A stretch of 64,000 bases of DNA, taken from positions 14,131 to 78,130 of the forward strand of contig CAJUNR010000021.1 of the NCBI GenBank assembly GCA_910587765.1, given 5' to 3'. Shown here piece by piece: positions 1 through 9,202 of the stretch. Every line of letters starts with the position of its first letter. Position 1 is the stretch's first letter. A program made the translations under genes and the position numbers. Source of the DNA: an uncultured Lachnospiraceae bacterium. Lineage in GTDB: Bacteria; Bacillota; Clostridia; Lachnospirales; Lachnospiraceae. The notes beneath the pieces are model-generated. The model was not told the DNA's origin and did no database searches. It saw only the letters and a program-made list of their open reading frames with translations.

Positions 1-53
1 AATACCGGCAGACATGGGAAAAGCGGTAAATTCAAAAAAGGGAGAAAAGGAAA

Positions 54-1427
54 ATGTTGATGATATTAAATTTTGTTCAGCAGGTTTTATCCACGCCTGC
101 CATATTTGTAGGACTGATCGCGCTTCTGGGCCTGCTGCTTCAGAAAAAAGATGCCCAGACCTGCTTTAAGGGAACGATTAAGACGATCCTCGGCTTTATC
201 GTACTGAATGCGGGCGCCGATGTCGTACAGGACGCGATCATTCCGTTCGGAGAACTGTTTCAGAGCGCATTCGGCGTAGAGGGCGTCGTTCCCAATAATG
301 AGGCGATCACCTCTCTGGGGCTGACCGATTACGCGGTGCAGACGGCGTCGATCTTTGCCCTTGGCATGTGTTTTAATCTGGTGCTGGCGCGTTTTTCAAA
401 ATTAAAATACATCTTTTTGACGGGACATCACGCCCTGTATATGTCCTGCCTGGTGGCGATCCTTATGTCCATTGCGGGGCTTCAGGGACCGGCGCTGATC
501 TTCACGGGGGCGCTTCTCATGGGGCTTGTCATGGCGGTCTTCCCGGCGCTGATGCAGCCGACCATGCGCAAAGTCGTGGGGGATGATTCCCTGGCTCTCG
601 GGCATTTCGGAAGCGGCTGCTACTGGCTGAGCGCCCAGATCGGCAAGCTGTTTGGGCGTGACGAAAAGACGACGACCACAGAGGACATTCGTTTTCCCCA
701 GGGGCTGTCCTTCCTGCGTGAAAATACCATATCCATTGCGCTGGCGATGTTTTTGTGCTACATTGTCGTTTCCGGCGTAGCCGTATTTACCAGCCCGGAG
801 GAGGCGGCGGAGATCTTCGCCGGTGATAACTGGGTACTGTACTCCATCATTAAGTCCATCACCTTTTCCGCAGGAATCTATATCGTGCTTTCCGGCGTGC
901 GTATGCTGATCAACGAAGTGGTTCCCGCCTTTAAGGGAATTTCCGAAAAGCTGGTGCCCAATGCAAAACCGGCGCTGGACTGTCCGACGGTGTTTCCCTT
1001 TGCGCCCAATGCGGTGCTGATCGGATTCTTCTGTTCTTTCGTGGGCGGTATTGTCGCTCTGGCCGTGCTGGCGCTTATGGGCCAGGCCGGAATCGCGGTT
1101 GCCATCATTCTGCCCGGCGCGGTGCTTCACTTCTTCTGCGGGGCGACGGCGGGCGTCTGCGGAAATGCCACCGGAGGACTGAAAGGCTGTGTGACCGGAG
1201 CTTTTGTCCATGGTATTGTGGCCACCTTCCTGGCGGCGGGGCTGTATCCGATCCTGGGAGCCATGGGCTTTGCCAACACGACCTTTTCCGATACGGATTT
1301 TACGCTGGTGGGTATCGTATTCGGCAATCTGATCAAAGTGGTCACAGGCAATACCTTAATGATCATCGTGGTAATTCTTTTCCTTTTGCCGATCATCTAC
1401 AACTATACCATTGGCAGGGGAAAATGA
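54..1427 (+). CDS. ulaA: PTS ascorbate-family transporter subunit IIC
   Basis: 457-aa polytopic membrane protein with UlaA motifs GVVPNNEA, IFLTGHH, KLVPNAKPALDCP and HFFCG. Confidence 0.9.
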   Translation: MLMILNFVQQVLSTPAIFVGLIALLGLLLQKKDAQTCFKGTIKTILGFIVLNAGADVVQDAIIPFGELFQSAFGVEGVVPNNEAITSLGLTDYAVQTASIFALGMCFNLVLARFSKLKYIFLTGHHALYMSCLVAILMSIAGLQGPALIFTGALLMGLVMAVFPALMQPTMRKVVGDDSLALGHFGSGCYWLSAQIGKLFGRDEKTTTTEDIRFPQGLSFLRENTISIALAMFLCYIVVSGVAVFTSPEEAAEIFAGDNWVLYSIIKSITFSAGIYIVLSGVRMLINEVVPAFKGISEKLVPNAKPALDCPTVFPFAPNAVLIGFFCSFVGGIVALAVLALMGQAGIAVAIILPGAVLHFFCGATAGVCGNATGGLKGCVTGAFVHGIVATFLAAGLYPILGAMGFANTTFSDTDFTLVGIVFGNLIKVVTGNTLMIIVVILFLLPIIYNYTIGRGK

Positions 1428-1464
1428 TGATATTGTAAGACTGATAAATTTAAACAAAAAAACA

Positions 1465-1526
1465 GCATCTGCCCAAAAGAAACCCCGGAAGGATTTTGCG
1501 GAACGAAGTGAGGACAGATGCGGAAC
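1465..1526 (+). repeat. Intergenic palindromic repeat family A, copy 1
   Basis: GCATCTG...CCCCGGAAGGATTTTGCGGAACGAAGTGAG...CAGATGC; near-identical copy on the minus strand at 25180-25274. Confidence 0.8.
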
Positions 1527-1545
1527 TAAAATGGAGGATTGAAAA

Positions 1546-1821
1546 ATGATTAACAAAATTATGTGTTTCTGCGGTTCTGGTCTTGGAACGTCTTTTGTGA
1601 TGGAGATGAATGTGAAAAAGGCGCTTGCCAATCTGGGGATCAGCGGAGTGGAAGTCGTCCACTCTACCATCGATGACGTGATGCCGGGTGCGGCGGACCT
1701 GTTCGTGTGCAGCGCGGACCTTGTGTCCAACGCGGAAAAAGCGGGAAAGGCCATCGGCATCCAGAATATGGTGTCCGTAAAGGAAATGGAGGAGAAGCTG
1801 AAGGCAGTGTTTGAAGCATAA
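1546..1821 (+). CDS. ulaB: PTS IIB component (ascorbate/lactose-type)
   Basis: CGSGLGTS phosphoacceptor loop; follows the IIC gene; GGAGG RBS. Confidence 0.85.
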   Translation: MINKIMCFCGSGLGTSFVMEMNVKKALANLGISGVEVVHSTIDDVMPGAADLFVCSADLVSNAEKAGKAIGIQNMVSVKEMEEKLKAVFEA

Positions 1822-1834
1822 AGAAAAATGACGG

Positions 1835-1863
1835 AAGCGGGGAGCGAGAACTCTCCGCTTTTC
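1835..1863 (+). terminator. Intrinsic terminator after the ula genes
   Basis: AAGCGGGGAG/CTCTCCGCTT stem followed by T residues. Confidence 0.6.
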
Positions 1864-1974
1864 CTGTTATTAGAAAATGAAAGCCATAAAATGAGAAATC
1901 ACGATTCGATGCTTCCTTGTATATTGACTAAAAACCATATATAATAGGAGCATAAAAGATCGTGAGGTAGTCCG

Positions 1975-3444
1975 ATGATTGAGAAAGTATACTTCGGTGA
2001 AGGGAAAAACATTGAATTCAAAAGAGAAATCCCACAGAAGCACGATAAATTTTTAAAGGATATCATTGCATTTTCCAACTGTACCGGCGGTAAAGTGATC
2101 CTTGGCATCGAGGACAGGACTAACAAAGTTTATGGCATCGGAGAGGCAAATCCTTTCAGGCTGGCCGACGATATTTCCAATATGATTTCAGACGCCTGTA
2201 CCCCACAGATCAATCCGGATATTACAATACAGACACTGGATGGAAAGACAGTGCTTGTAATTGATATCGCTCCGGGAAAATTTCGTCCATACTATTTAAA
2301 ATCTGCTGGAAAAGAAGAGTCTGCCTATATTCGTATCAATGGTACCAGTCGTGCGGCCGATATGCGGATGCTTCAGGAACTGGAGCTGGAAGGACAGCGC
2401 ATTTATTATGATACCATGCAGGAGATCGGCATGGAGTACAGCGAAGAGACTGCAAAGAAGCTGTGCGAATCCATGAAGGAAGTCGCGCTGTCTTCCTGTA
2501 AGACAGAAGAAGAAAAAGCCGGGGTCCCGGATATGACGATTGCAAAACTGGAAGATATGGGGCTTTTGTGCAGGATGGGCAGGGATTATGTTCCGACCCA
2601 TGCATTTAATCTGATGACTGAAAATCGGATGAAGCATGCCAAAATCCAATGTGCGCTCTTTAAAGGAACCAGCAGGGACGAGTTTATTGACCGCAAGGAA
2701 TTCAGAGGTCCGATTTATGAACAGATAGAGGAAGCGTATCAGTTTGTTCTCCGGCATATCAATATGAGTGCACAGATTAATGGGATCGTTCGGCGCGATG
2801 TTTATGAACTTCCGGTACGCGCAGTGCGTGAAGCTATCATTAACGCCGTTACACACCGCTCGTATATGGATGATTCCTGTGTTCAGGTATCTGTTTATGA
2901 TGACCGAATGGAAGTGCTTTCTCCTGGGATGCTGTATGGCGGACTGGATCTGGAGGCGGCGCTGGAGGGAAAATCAAAATGCCGGAACGCAGCAGTTTCG
3001 GAAGCGTTTCACTATATGAAACTTATTGAGGCCTGGGGGACCGGGCTGGGAAGGATACGGAACAGCTGCAGGGAGTATGGACTGAAAGAACCGGTCATTG
3101 ATGAATTTGGCGATGGATTCCGGGTTGTTTTCTTTCGAAAAGAAATGGAAGAGAATCAGGATGAAATCCAGAAATCCGGAAATCCGGAAATCCGGAAATC
3201 CGGAAATCCGGAAATCCGAAAATCCGGAAATCCAGCACTTCCGGATACGGAACTTTTTATTATAAAATATATCCGTGAAAATGATCAGTGTACAACGGCG
3301 GAGATCGCCGGCCTGCTGGACATTACAGGCAGACGTGCCAGGGGGATTCTTGGAAGTCTGGTGAAGAAAGGCGTGCTTAGAAAAGTTGGAAACGCAAGAA
3401 ACACGATCTATCAGGCAGGCGGGAATTTTCCGCATGGGGAGTGA
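1975..3444 (+). CDS. AlbA_2 (Schlafen-like) + HATPase_c_4 + C-terminal wHTH protein
   Basis: GEGKNIEFK, IIAFSNCTGG, REAIINAVTHRSY, IEAWGTGL motifs; C-terminal HTH-like segment. Confidence 0.85.
   Translation: MIEKVYFGEGKNIEFKREIPQKHDKFLKDIIAFSNCTGGKVILGIEDRTNKVYGIGEANPFRLADDISNMISDACTPQINPDITIQTLDGKTVLVIDIAPGKFRPYYLKSAGKEESAYIRINGTSRAADMRMLQELELEGQRIYYDTMQEIGMEYSEETAKKLCESMKEVALSSCKTEEEKAGVPDMTIAKLEDMGLLCRMGRDYVPTHAFNLMTENRMKHAKIQCALFKGTSRDEFIDRKEFRGPIYEQIEEAYQFVLRHINMSAQINGIVRRDVYELPVRAVREAIINAVTHRSYMDDSCVQVSVYDDRMEVLSPGMLYGGLDLEAALEGKSKCRNAAVSEAFHYMKLIEAWGTGLGRIRNSCREYGLKEPVIDEFGDGFRVVFFRKEMEENQDEIQKSGNPEIRKSGNPEIRKSGNPALPDTELFIIKYIRENDQCTTAEIAGLLDITGRRARGILGSLVKKGVLRKVGNARNTIYQAGGNFPHGE
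3163..3234 (+). repeat. 8-bp tandem repeat (GAAATCCG) x9 inside the CDS
   Basis: Nine near-perfect units (72 bp) encoding EIQKSGNPEIRKSGNPEIRKSGNP. Confidence 0.95.
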
Positions 3445-3490
3445 TGGATAAAGGACATGCATTCTGTGGGGACTTTCACAAAATAAAAAT

Positions 3491-3519
3491 TTGACAAAAT
3501 ATGATTCCGATGCTAAGAT
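3491..3519 (+). promoter_or_regulatory. SigA promoter of the cobalamin-riboswitch operon
   Basis: TTGACA-17-TAAGAT with a TG extended -10. Confidence 0.7.
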
Positions 3520-3534
3520 GACAACATCATATAA

Positions 3535-3631
3535 GTCTGTCCGAGGGGAATCAGGTGCGAAACCTGAGCGATGCGGTCACTGTAAGCAGGGCATGTGATG
3601 CCTTCTGCGAGCCAGGTTACCAAAGACAGGC
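3535..3631 (+). ncRNA. Cobalamin riboswitch (short type)
   Basis: GGGAA-TCAGGTGCGAAACCTGA-GCGATGCGGTCACTGTAA...GAGCCAGG core; P1 TCTGTC/GACAGG; lies upstream of DUF4430 and ECF S-component genes. Confidence 0.85.
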
Positions 3632-3681
3632 GGAATGAAGCTTCCTTGCAGGGCCATGCATTCCATACAAGCGCAACAGGT

Positions 3682-3714
3682 GCAGGTCTGACGTATGGCA
3701 GGCCTGCTTCTTTT
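3682..3714 (+). terminator. Riboswitch expression-platform terminator
   Basis: GCAGGTCTG/CAGGCCTGC stem followed by TTCTTTT. Confidence 0.75.
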
Positions 3715-3791
3715 ATGCGCAGTTATCGGAAGACTCTGCGGGGGACCGGTGAGAAAGCGTGTAACTGATTAACCGGATGGAGAGGACGAAA

Positions 3792-4190
3792 ATGAACAAG
3801 GATAAGAAAGCAATTTTAATTACTGCAGCGCTTCTTTTAGTGCTTTGCCTTGGGGCAGTATTGGGATACCAGAAATTTGCCCCCAGGGGTGTGGCGGGAG
3901 AAAAGGAGATCACGGTAAAGGTAGTCCATGCCGACGCCGGTGAAAAGGAATTCACTTACCAGACGGATGAGGAGTTTTTAGGAGCCGTGTTGGAAGCGGA
4001 GGGTCTGGCAGAAGGCGAAGAAGGGCCTTACGGTCTTTACATCACTGCCGTGGACGGCGAGACCGCGGAAGAATCCAGGCAGCAGTGGTGGTGCCTGACA
4101 AAAGGCGGCGAGACCGTGAACACTTCTGCCACGCAGACGCCGATTGCGGATGGAGATGTGTTTGAGCTGACGCTTACCGAAGGGTATTGA
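3792..4190 (+). CDS. DUF4430 (transcobalamin-like) membrane-anchored protein
   Basis: N-terminal TM; GLYITAVDG, QWWCL and GDVFELTL motifs; downstream of the B12 riboswitch. Confidence 0.8.
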   Translation: MNKDKKAILITAALLLVLCLGAVLGYQKFAPRGVAGEKEITVKVVHADAGEKEFTYQTDEEFLGAVLEAEGLAEGEEGPYGLYITAVDGETAEESRQQWWCLTKGGETVNTSATQTPIADGDVFELTLTEGY

Positions 4191-4197
4191 GAGAGAC

Positions 4198-4707
4198 ATG
4201 CGGATGAATACAAAAACACTGGTGATATCGTCCATGCTGACGGCGATCCTGTTCGCCGGTCAGGTGGGGATGCAGTTTCTGCCGAATATCGAGATCGTTA
4301 CGCTTTTGACCATATTGTATACACGGACCTTTGGAAAACGGGTATTTGCCATCATCTATGCTTTTGTCATGCTGGAAGGCCTTTTTTACGGGTTTGGCAT
4401 CTGGTGGGTCAGCTATCTGTATATATGGAGTAGTTTCGCTCTGGTGGTGCTGCTGATCAAAAGCGATTCTGTAATTTTGTGGAGTATGATCTCGGGGATC
4501 TTCGGGCTGAGCTTTGGTTTTCTGTGCGCAATCCCTTATTTTGTGACGGGCGGTCCGGGAGCAGGGTTGGCGTACTGGGGAGCCGGGCTTTATTTTGACC
4601 TGCTTCACTGCGCCGGAAATGTGCTGCTTTGTGCAGTCTTGTACCGTCCCCTTTACCGGGTGCTTTCGCTGCTGGCGGCGGAGACGCGGCGGGCGGTGAG
4701 CTGCTGA
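4198..4707 (+). CDS. ECF transporter S component (CbrT-like, cobalamin)
   Basis: Hydrophobic 169 aa with FLPNIEIVT and FDLLHCAGN motifs. Confidence 0.8.
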   Translation: MRMNTKTLVISSMLTAILFAGQVGMQFLPNIEIVTLLTILYTRTFGKRVFAIIYAFVMLEGLFYGFGIWWVSYLYIWSSFALVVLLIKSDSVILWSMISGIFGLSFGFLCAIPYFVTGGPGAGLAYWGAGLYFDLLHCAGNVLLCAVLYRPLYRVLSLLAAETRRAVSC

Positions 4708-4803
4708 CTGCGGCAGGGTATCGATGATCACCGTCAGATAAGAAGAGGCGTTTTCACAAATAATTACAACAGAAACATCATTTTCAGGTCCGGAGGTACG
4801 AGT

Positions 4804-5487
4804 ATGAAAGATACAGGATACAGGGAAAGCCAGGCGGCGGACATGCTTTCCGGTCTCCCGTTCTGGGAGCATCTGGAACATGCGCAGAAAAAGTATGCAG
4901 AAGATCATGCTGTGTTTCGGCACTATGGAAAGGGCAGCATGATCTACAGCAGCGGGAGCCTCTGCCTGGGCATGGCATGCGTGCAGAAGGGCAGCGTCCG
5001 GGTATACCTGCTCTCGGAAGAGGGGCGGGAGATCACGCTGTTCCGCCTGGAAAAGGGAGATCCCTGCGTGTTGTCCGCCGCCTGCGTCATCAGCCAGATT
5101 ACCTTTGACACCTATATGGAAGCGGAGCAGGACTGTGATCTTCTGGTCATTCCCGCGGCGGCATTCCGGCAGCTGACGGAGGAAAATATCCATGTGAAAT
5201 GTTTTGTGTATGAGCTGATGACAGAACGTTTTTCCAGTGTGATGTGGACGATGCAGCAGATTCTTTTCGCGGGGCTGGACCGCCGTCTTGCAGGATTTCT
5301 GGTTCAGGAATACGACAGGACCAAAGACCCCGGGATCAGGATCACGCAGGAGCAGATCGCCAGGCAGATCAATTCCGCCCGCGAAGCCGTGGCGAGAATG
5401 CTGCGGCGTTTTATGACAGAACATCTGGTGGAGGTGAGCCGCGGCGTGATTACGCTTCTGGATATAGACGGGCTCAGGCAGATTTGA
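4804..5487 (+). CDS. Crp/Fnr family transcriptional regulator
   Basis: EEGREITLF cNMP-domain motif; ITQEQIARQINSAREAVARML HTH. Confidence 0.92.
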   Translation: MKDTGYRESQAADMLSGLPFWEHLEHAQKKYAEDHAVFRHYGKGSMIYSSGSLCLGMACVQKGSVRVYLLSEEGREITLFRLEKGDPCVLSAACVISQITFDTYMEAEQDCDLLVIPAAAFRQLTEENIHVKCFVYELMTERFSSVMWTMQQILFAGLDRRLAGFLVQEYDRTKDPGIRITQEQIARQINSAREAVARMLRRFMTEHLVEVSRGVITLLDIDGLRQI

Positions 5488-5514
5488 CGCAGGACGGCAC
5501 AATATTTCGAACAA

Positions 5515-5529
5515 TGTGACCCGGTCACA
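5515..5529. promoter_or_regulatory. Crp/Fnr-type palindromic site TGTGAC-N3-GTCACA
   Basis: Perfect inverted repeat upstream of a TAAAAT -10 (5552-5557) preceding the FTR/trx genes. Confidence 0.75.
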
Positions 5530-5601
5530 GTCGGCGCCTCCGGCTTCTGGTAAAATGGGATCATGATACAGCAGGAAGCAGTCTTTAGGAGGTAGAGTCA
5601 A

Positions 5602-5808
5602 ATGAAGATCACATTAAATCCGGATGCGGAGATTGTAAAGGTGGTAAAGGAAGGCCTGCGCAGAACCGGCGGCTACTGTCCCTGCCGGACGGAGAAAAAA
5701 GAAGATTATAAATGTATGTGCCGGGAATTCCGGGAGCAGATCGAGGACCCGGGATTTGAAGGTTACTGTCACTGCATGCTTTACTACAAGGCAAAGGAGG
5801 AAGTATAA
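5602..5808 (+). CDS. Ferredoxin:thioredoxin reductase catalytic-subunit-like small protein
   Basis: GYCPC, CMC and CHC cysteine motifs. Confidence 0.8.
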   Translation: MKITLNPDAEIVKVVKEGLRRTGGYCPCRTEKKEDYKCMCREFREQIEDPGFEGYCHCMLYYKAKEEV

Positions 5809-5810
5809 CG

Positions 5811-6128
5811 ATGGCTGAGCTGAAGATCACAAAGAACAATTTTCAATCAGAGGTGCTCCGGTCCGAAGTGCCGGTGCTTTTGGATTTCTGGGCGACCTGG
5901 TGTCCGCCCTGCAGGATGCTTTCCCCCATTATCGAGGAGATCGCAGGGGAGTACGAAGGCAGGGCAAAGGTCGGCAAAGTCAATGTGGATGAAGAGCCGG
6001 AGCTGGCCGCCATGTTCAGGGTGGAAAATATCCCCACTATGGTCGTCATGAAAGAAGGAAAAGTGGCGGAACTGGCAGTCGGTTACCGTCCGAAGGAACA
6101 GATTACAGATATGCTGACAAGAGCGTGA
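5811..6128 (+). CDS. trxA: Thioredoxin
   Basis: DFWATWCPPC active site. Confidence 0.93.
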   Translation: MAELKITKNNFQSEVLRSEVPVLLDFWATWCPPCRMLSPIIEEIAGEYEGRAKVGKVNVDEEPELAAMFRVENIPTMVVMKEGKVAELAVGYRPKEQITDMLTRA

Positions 6129-6154
6129 CCGGTGAAAACGGCCACGCTCTTTTT
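6120..6154. terminator. Terminator between trxA and the MCP gene
   Basis: AGAGCGTGACCG/CGGCCACGCTCT stem plus T run. Confidence 0.65.
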
Positions 6155-6162
6155 GCTACGGT

Positions 6163-7749
6163 CTACAGATTTGCAAAGACATCCATCTGCCGGTTCAGTT
6201 CACCCACAATCTCCTGATTGGTATCCATCCGGGCGGCAATTCCGGTCATGTCTTCCGCCAGTATGCGGGTGCTGTCGGCGGCTCCGGTGACATCGGGCAG
6301 AGCGCCGTCGATGGCTTCCGAGATGCCGGTGATGGAAGCCGCGATCTCGTCCATGGCAGTCTGCAGCCTTTCTGTCTGCTGCTGAAAGGCTTCCATGGAG
6401 GCTTCAATATAGGCGGCATCCTTTCGGTACTGCTGTCCGGACTGGACGGACAGTTCAAACTGTGTCAGGATATTCTGGCCAAGATAGTCCACCAGATCCT
6501 GCGCGCTTTCGGAAAGATGCTCCACCGCGCCGGTGACGACCGCGCTGACCTGCTGGATATGGCCGGCGGTCTCGGCGCAGGAATCAGCGAGCTTTCGGAT
6601 TTCCTGTGCCACAACCGCAAATCCTTTTCCGGCGGTTCCGGCCCGTGCAGCCTCAATGGAGGCATTGACGGCAATCAGATCCGTAGAGGAGGAGATGGAC
6701 AGGATGTCTTTGGTCAGAAGATCGATCTGTTCCACACTTCGGCTTTGTTCGATCGCTTTATTCAGGACACCCATGATTTCCTGTGTTTTCGTAAGGATTG
6801 CTTCTTTGTTTTTCTGCGCGGACTGCTCCATCTCTTCCGCCCGCCCGCGCATATCCACCGAATAGGCGGTGATTGCCGCGCATTCCCCGCTCATCCTGCG
6901 GGTATCCGTCTGCGTGTCTGCAGCGTTGTCCCGGATGGAAGCGGCGTTGCCGGCGATTTCTTCAAAAGCGGCGGTCAGTTCATCGGTCAGCCGGGACAGC
7001 TTATGTACATGGTCGCGGGATGTTCTGGTACGATTTCGGACTTCTCCCACGACAGTTCCGGTGCGCCCGGAACTGTCCTGAAGCGTCTGCATGGCGTCCC
7101 GGATCGGGGCGATGACGGACCTCCGGATGATGCGGAAAGCGGCAAATACAAGGAAAAGCCCTGCGAGCAGCGTGACAGCGCTGGTTACAAGAGAAATAAA
7201 ATATACGATGGAAAGGCGGTTTCGCGCCGCTGCAGCCTGCCGGCTGACCGATTCGTAAAGGGTATTGATTTTTTCCTCCGCTGCATTTCCGAAAAGCGCT
7301 ACGTCGCCGTTGGCCTGCGCATAGGCCGCCTGCGTCCGGCTGTCTGCACTGGCGCAGACCAGGAAAACAAGCGCGTGCTTAAAAGAGTCGTAATCTTCCA
7401 GAAGCATGCGGTAGGTTTCTTCCTCTTCCGGGGGAACACAGGAGGCGTAGGCGGCCAGCTTCTCATCCAGCCCGGCCTCCTCTTCCTTGATCGTTCCTAC
7501 CAGCTGGATCATGGTGGCATGGTCAGCTGCAATAATGTGCGACAAGGCCAGACGATGGATCTCCATCATGGAACGGCGGATATCTTCCAGCTGCGCTTCG
7601 CTGACCATATGCCGGTCGACAATGATCCCGGCATTGGCGTTTACGTTGTGGATGCCAAATACCGCGAGAATATTTGAAAGCAGTGTGATCAGTCCCAACA
7701 GGACAATGGGCAGGATCAGGCGCTGCTGCAGAGTCAGTCTGTTTTTCAT
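6163..7749 (-). CDS. Methyl-accepting chemotaxis protein
   Basis: Two TMs; LIAVNASIEAARAGTAGKGFAVVAQEIRKLA signalling motif; start re-called at 7749 (GGAGGAG RBS). Confidence 0.9.
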   Translation of the reverse strand: MKNRLTLQQRLILPIVLLGLITLLSNILAVFGIHNVNANAGIIVDRHMVSEAQLEDIRRSMMEIHRLALSHIIAADHATMIQLVGTIKEEEAGLDEKLAAYASCVPPEEEETYRMLLEDYDSFKHALVFLVCASADSRTQAAYAQANGDVALFGNAAEEKINTLYESVSRQAAAARNRLSIVYFISLVTSAVTLLAGLFLVFAAFRIIRRSVIAPIRDAMQTLQDSSGRTGTVVGEVRNRTRTSRDHVHKLSRLTDELTAAFEEIAGNAASIRDNAADTQTDTRRMSGECAAITAYSVDMRGRAEEMEQSAQKNKEAILTKTQEIMGVLNKAIEQSRSVEQIDLLTKDILSISSSTDLIAVNASIEAARAGTAGKGFAVVAQEIRKLADSCAETAGHIQQVSAVVTGAVEHLSESAQDLVDYLGQNILTQFELSVQSGQQYRKDAAYIEASMEAFQQQTERLQTAMDEIAASITGISEAIDGALPDVTGAADSTRILAEDMTGIAARMDTNQEIVGELNRQMDVFANL

Positions 7750-7841
7750 AGGATCTCCTCCAGATTTTGTTTTCACCGGGCCGGGAACCATGATCCCCGG
7801 GTTCTGCACTGCCGGCATATTTTACTGCCGGCCGGTATCAT

Positions 7842-9077
7842 TTAACGCGCGGTTACCTCCTCCACCAGCCGGTCAAGCTGTTCCTGAAGTGATGTGCCGG
7901 AAGGATTCCCTTCGGCCATATTCAGTGCGAAGGCAGAGACAGGGTCCCAGAATTTGCCCCCGACCCGCTGGAGCTGGGAGAATTCCGACTGCGCCAGCAG
8001 CGCGGCAATGGCGGGGGACTCCAAAACGGCGGCGGAATCTGCCGCCCGGATATTGGACGGCCCCTGTCCCCGCTGTTCAAAACGCAGGGTCTGATTGCTT
8101 TCATTGCTGATCCATTCAGCCAGCTTCAGCGCCCATTCCTTCTGCGGGGAATAGGCGTTGACGCCCACCAGTTTGCAGCCGGAAAAGGAAGCCATCTGCA
8201 CCTGCTGGTCTTTGCAGGTATAGGAGGGCAGCTTTGCCGCTCCGGTATTTTCACCCCAGGCATCTTCGATGGCAATGCTGTTCCAGACGCCGCTGACTCC
8301 GGCGATTACGGACCCGTCCTGCACGCCGGCCAGAAATTCCGTATCGGTGCGGCTGGCAAAGCCGGGACTGGCGGCGATGTCCAGCATGGCCTGCGCCACG
8401 TCGACGCCGCGGATCGGGCCTTCCGTGCTGTTCCAGGTACAGTAGTTGGTCAGGCCGTCTTCATTCAGGCCCGCTTCCAGGCCGGTATTGCCGAAAAAGG
8501 AATACACATACCAGGCGGAGGACCAGTCCATGGTCAAAAGCCGCCCCTGTTCCGCGGCGATTTCTGTCATTCGGTTCATGCTCTGTATATCATCTTCCGA
8601 AAAATAAGCCTTGTTATAATATAGAAAGTATCCATTATCTGCGGTCAGCGGAAATGCGTAGAGCGTATCGCCTACCGAGGCGGCTTCCACCGAGGCGGGC
8701 AGATTGGAAGCGCGGATCTCTTCCGGGTTTTCCAGGGGATCCAGCGCGCCCGCGGCAGCAAGCGCCGCCAGCTGATCGTCCGCAAAGGTAAATACGTCCG
8801 CGCCGCCCTCCAGATCTGCCAGCAGAGCATCCTTGCACCCGGATTCGCTCTGAGGCTGAAACGTAATCTGAAAAGAGACCTGGCCGGCATAGTGGGACTG
8901 GAAAGAGGAACAGATTTCCTTCAGAAGCGCTTCGTCCTCTTCTCCGCTCCATACGGTTAAAGGGATCACGGATTCGGATGCATCAGAGTCGGCAGGAAGC
9001 GGTTCCTGCTTTTTACATCCGCCGCATAAAGACAGGGCACAGACTGCCAGAATAAGATAAAGGGAATTCTTTTTCAT
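7842..9077 (-). CDS. Extracellular sugar-binding lipoprotein (maltose/maltodextrin SBP-like)
   Basis: Lipobox-like signal ending GGC; ADVFTFADDQL, LYYNKAYF and GVSGVWN motifs. Confidence 0.85.
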   Translation of the reverse strand: MKKNSLYLILAVCALSLCGGCKKQEPLPADSDASESVIPLTVWSGEEDEALLKEICSSFQSHYAGQVSFQITFQPQSESGCKDALLADLEGGADVFTFADDQLAALAAAGALDPLENPEEIRASNLPASVEAASVGDTLYAFPLTADNGYFLYYNKAYFSEDDIQSMNRMTEIAAEQGRLLTMDWSSAWYVYSFFGNTGLEAGLNEDGLTNYCTWNSTEGPIRGVDVAQAMLDIAASPGFASRTDTEFLAGVQDGSVIAGVSGVWNSIAIEDAWGENTGAAKLPSYTCKDQQVQMASFSGCKLVGVNAYSPQKEWALKLAEWISNESNQTLRFEQRGQGPSNIRAADSAAVLESPAIAALLAQSEFSQLQRVGGKFWDPVSAFALNMAEGNPSGTSLQEQLDRLVEEVTAR

Positions 9078-9202
9078 GTCCGGAAAATAAATAAATCCTT
9101 TCATAATTTTATTGCGTTTTCTGCTGGATTTATTATACTAAAAGGAGGAAAAATTTTCAAGTTTTCGGGATTTGCAGTCATTGACCAAAACAGGAGGCTT
9201 AC

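Noticed and set aside
3163..3234. CRISPR array
   Set aside because: 8-bp units with no spacers, inside a CDS; no cas genes
4174..5601. Long antisense ORFs (also 6517-7677, 9101-10441, 17771-19117, 54932-56392, 60569-61549)
   Set aside because: Shadow frames of well-supported genes in GC-rich DNA; no motifs or RBS
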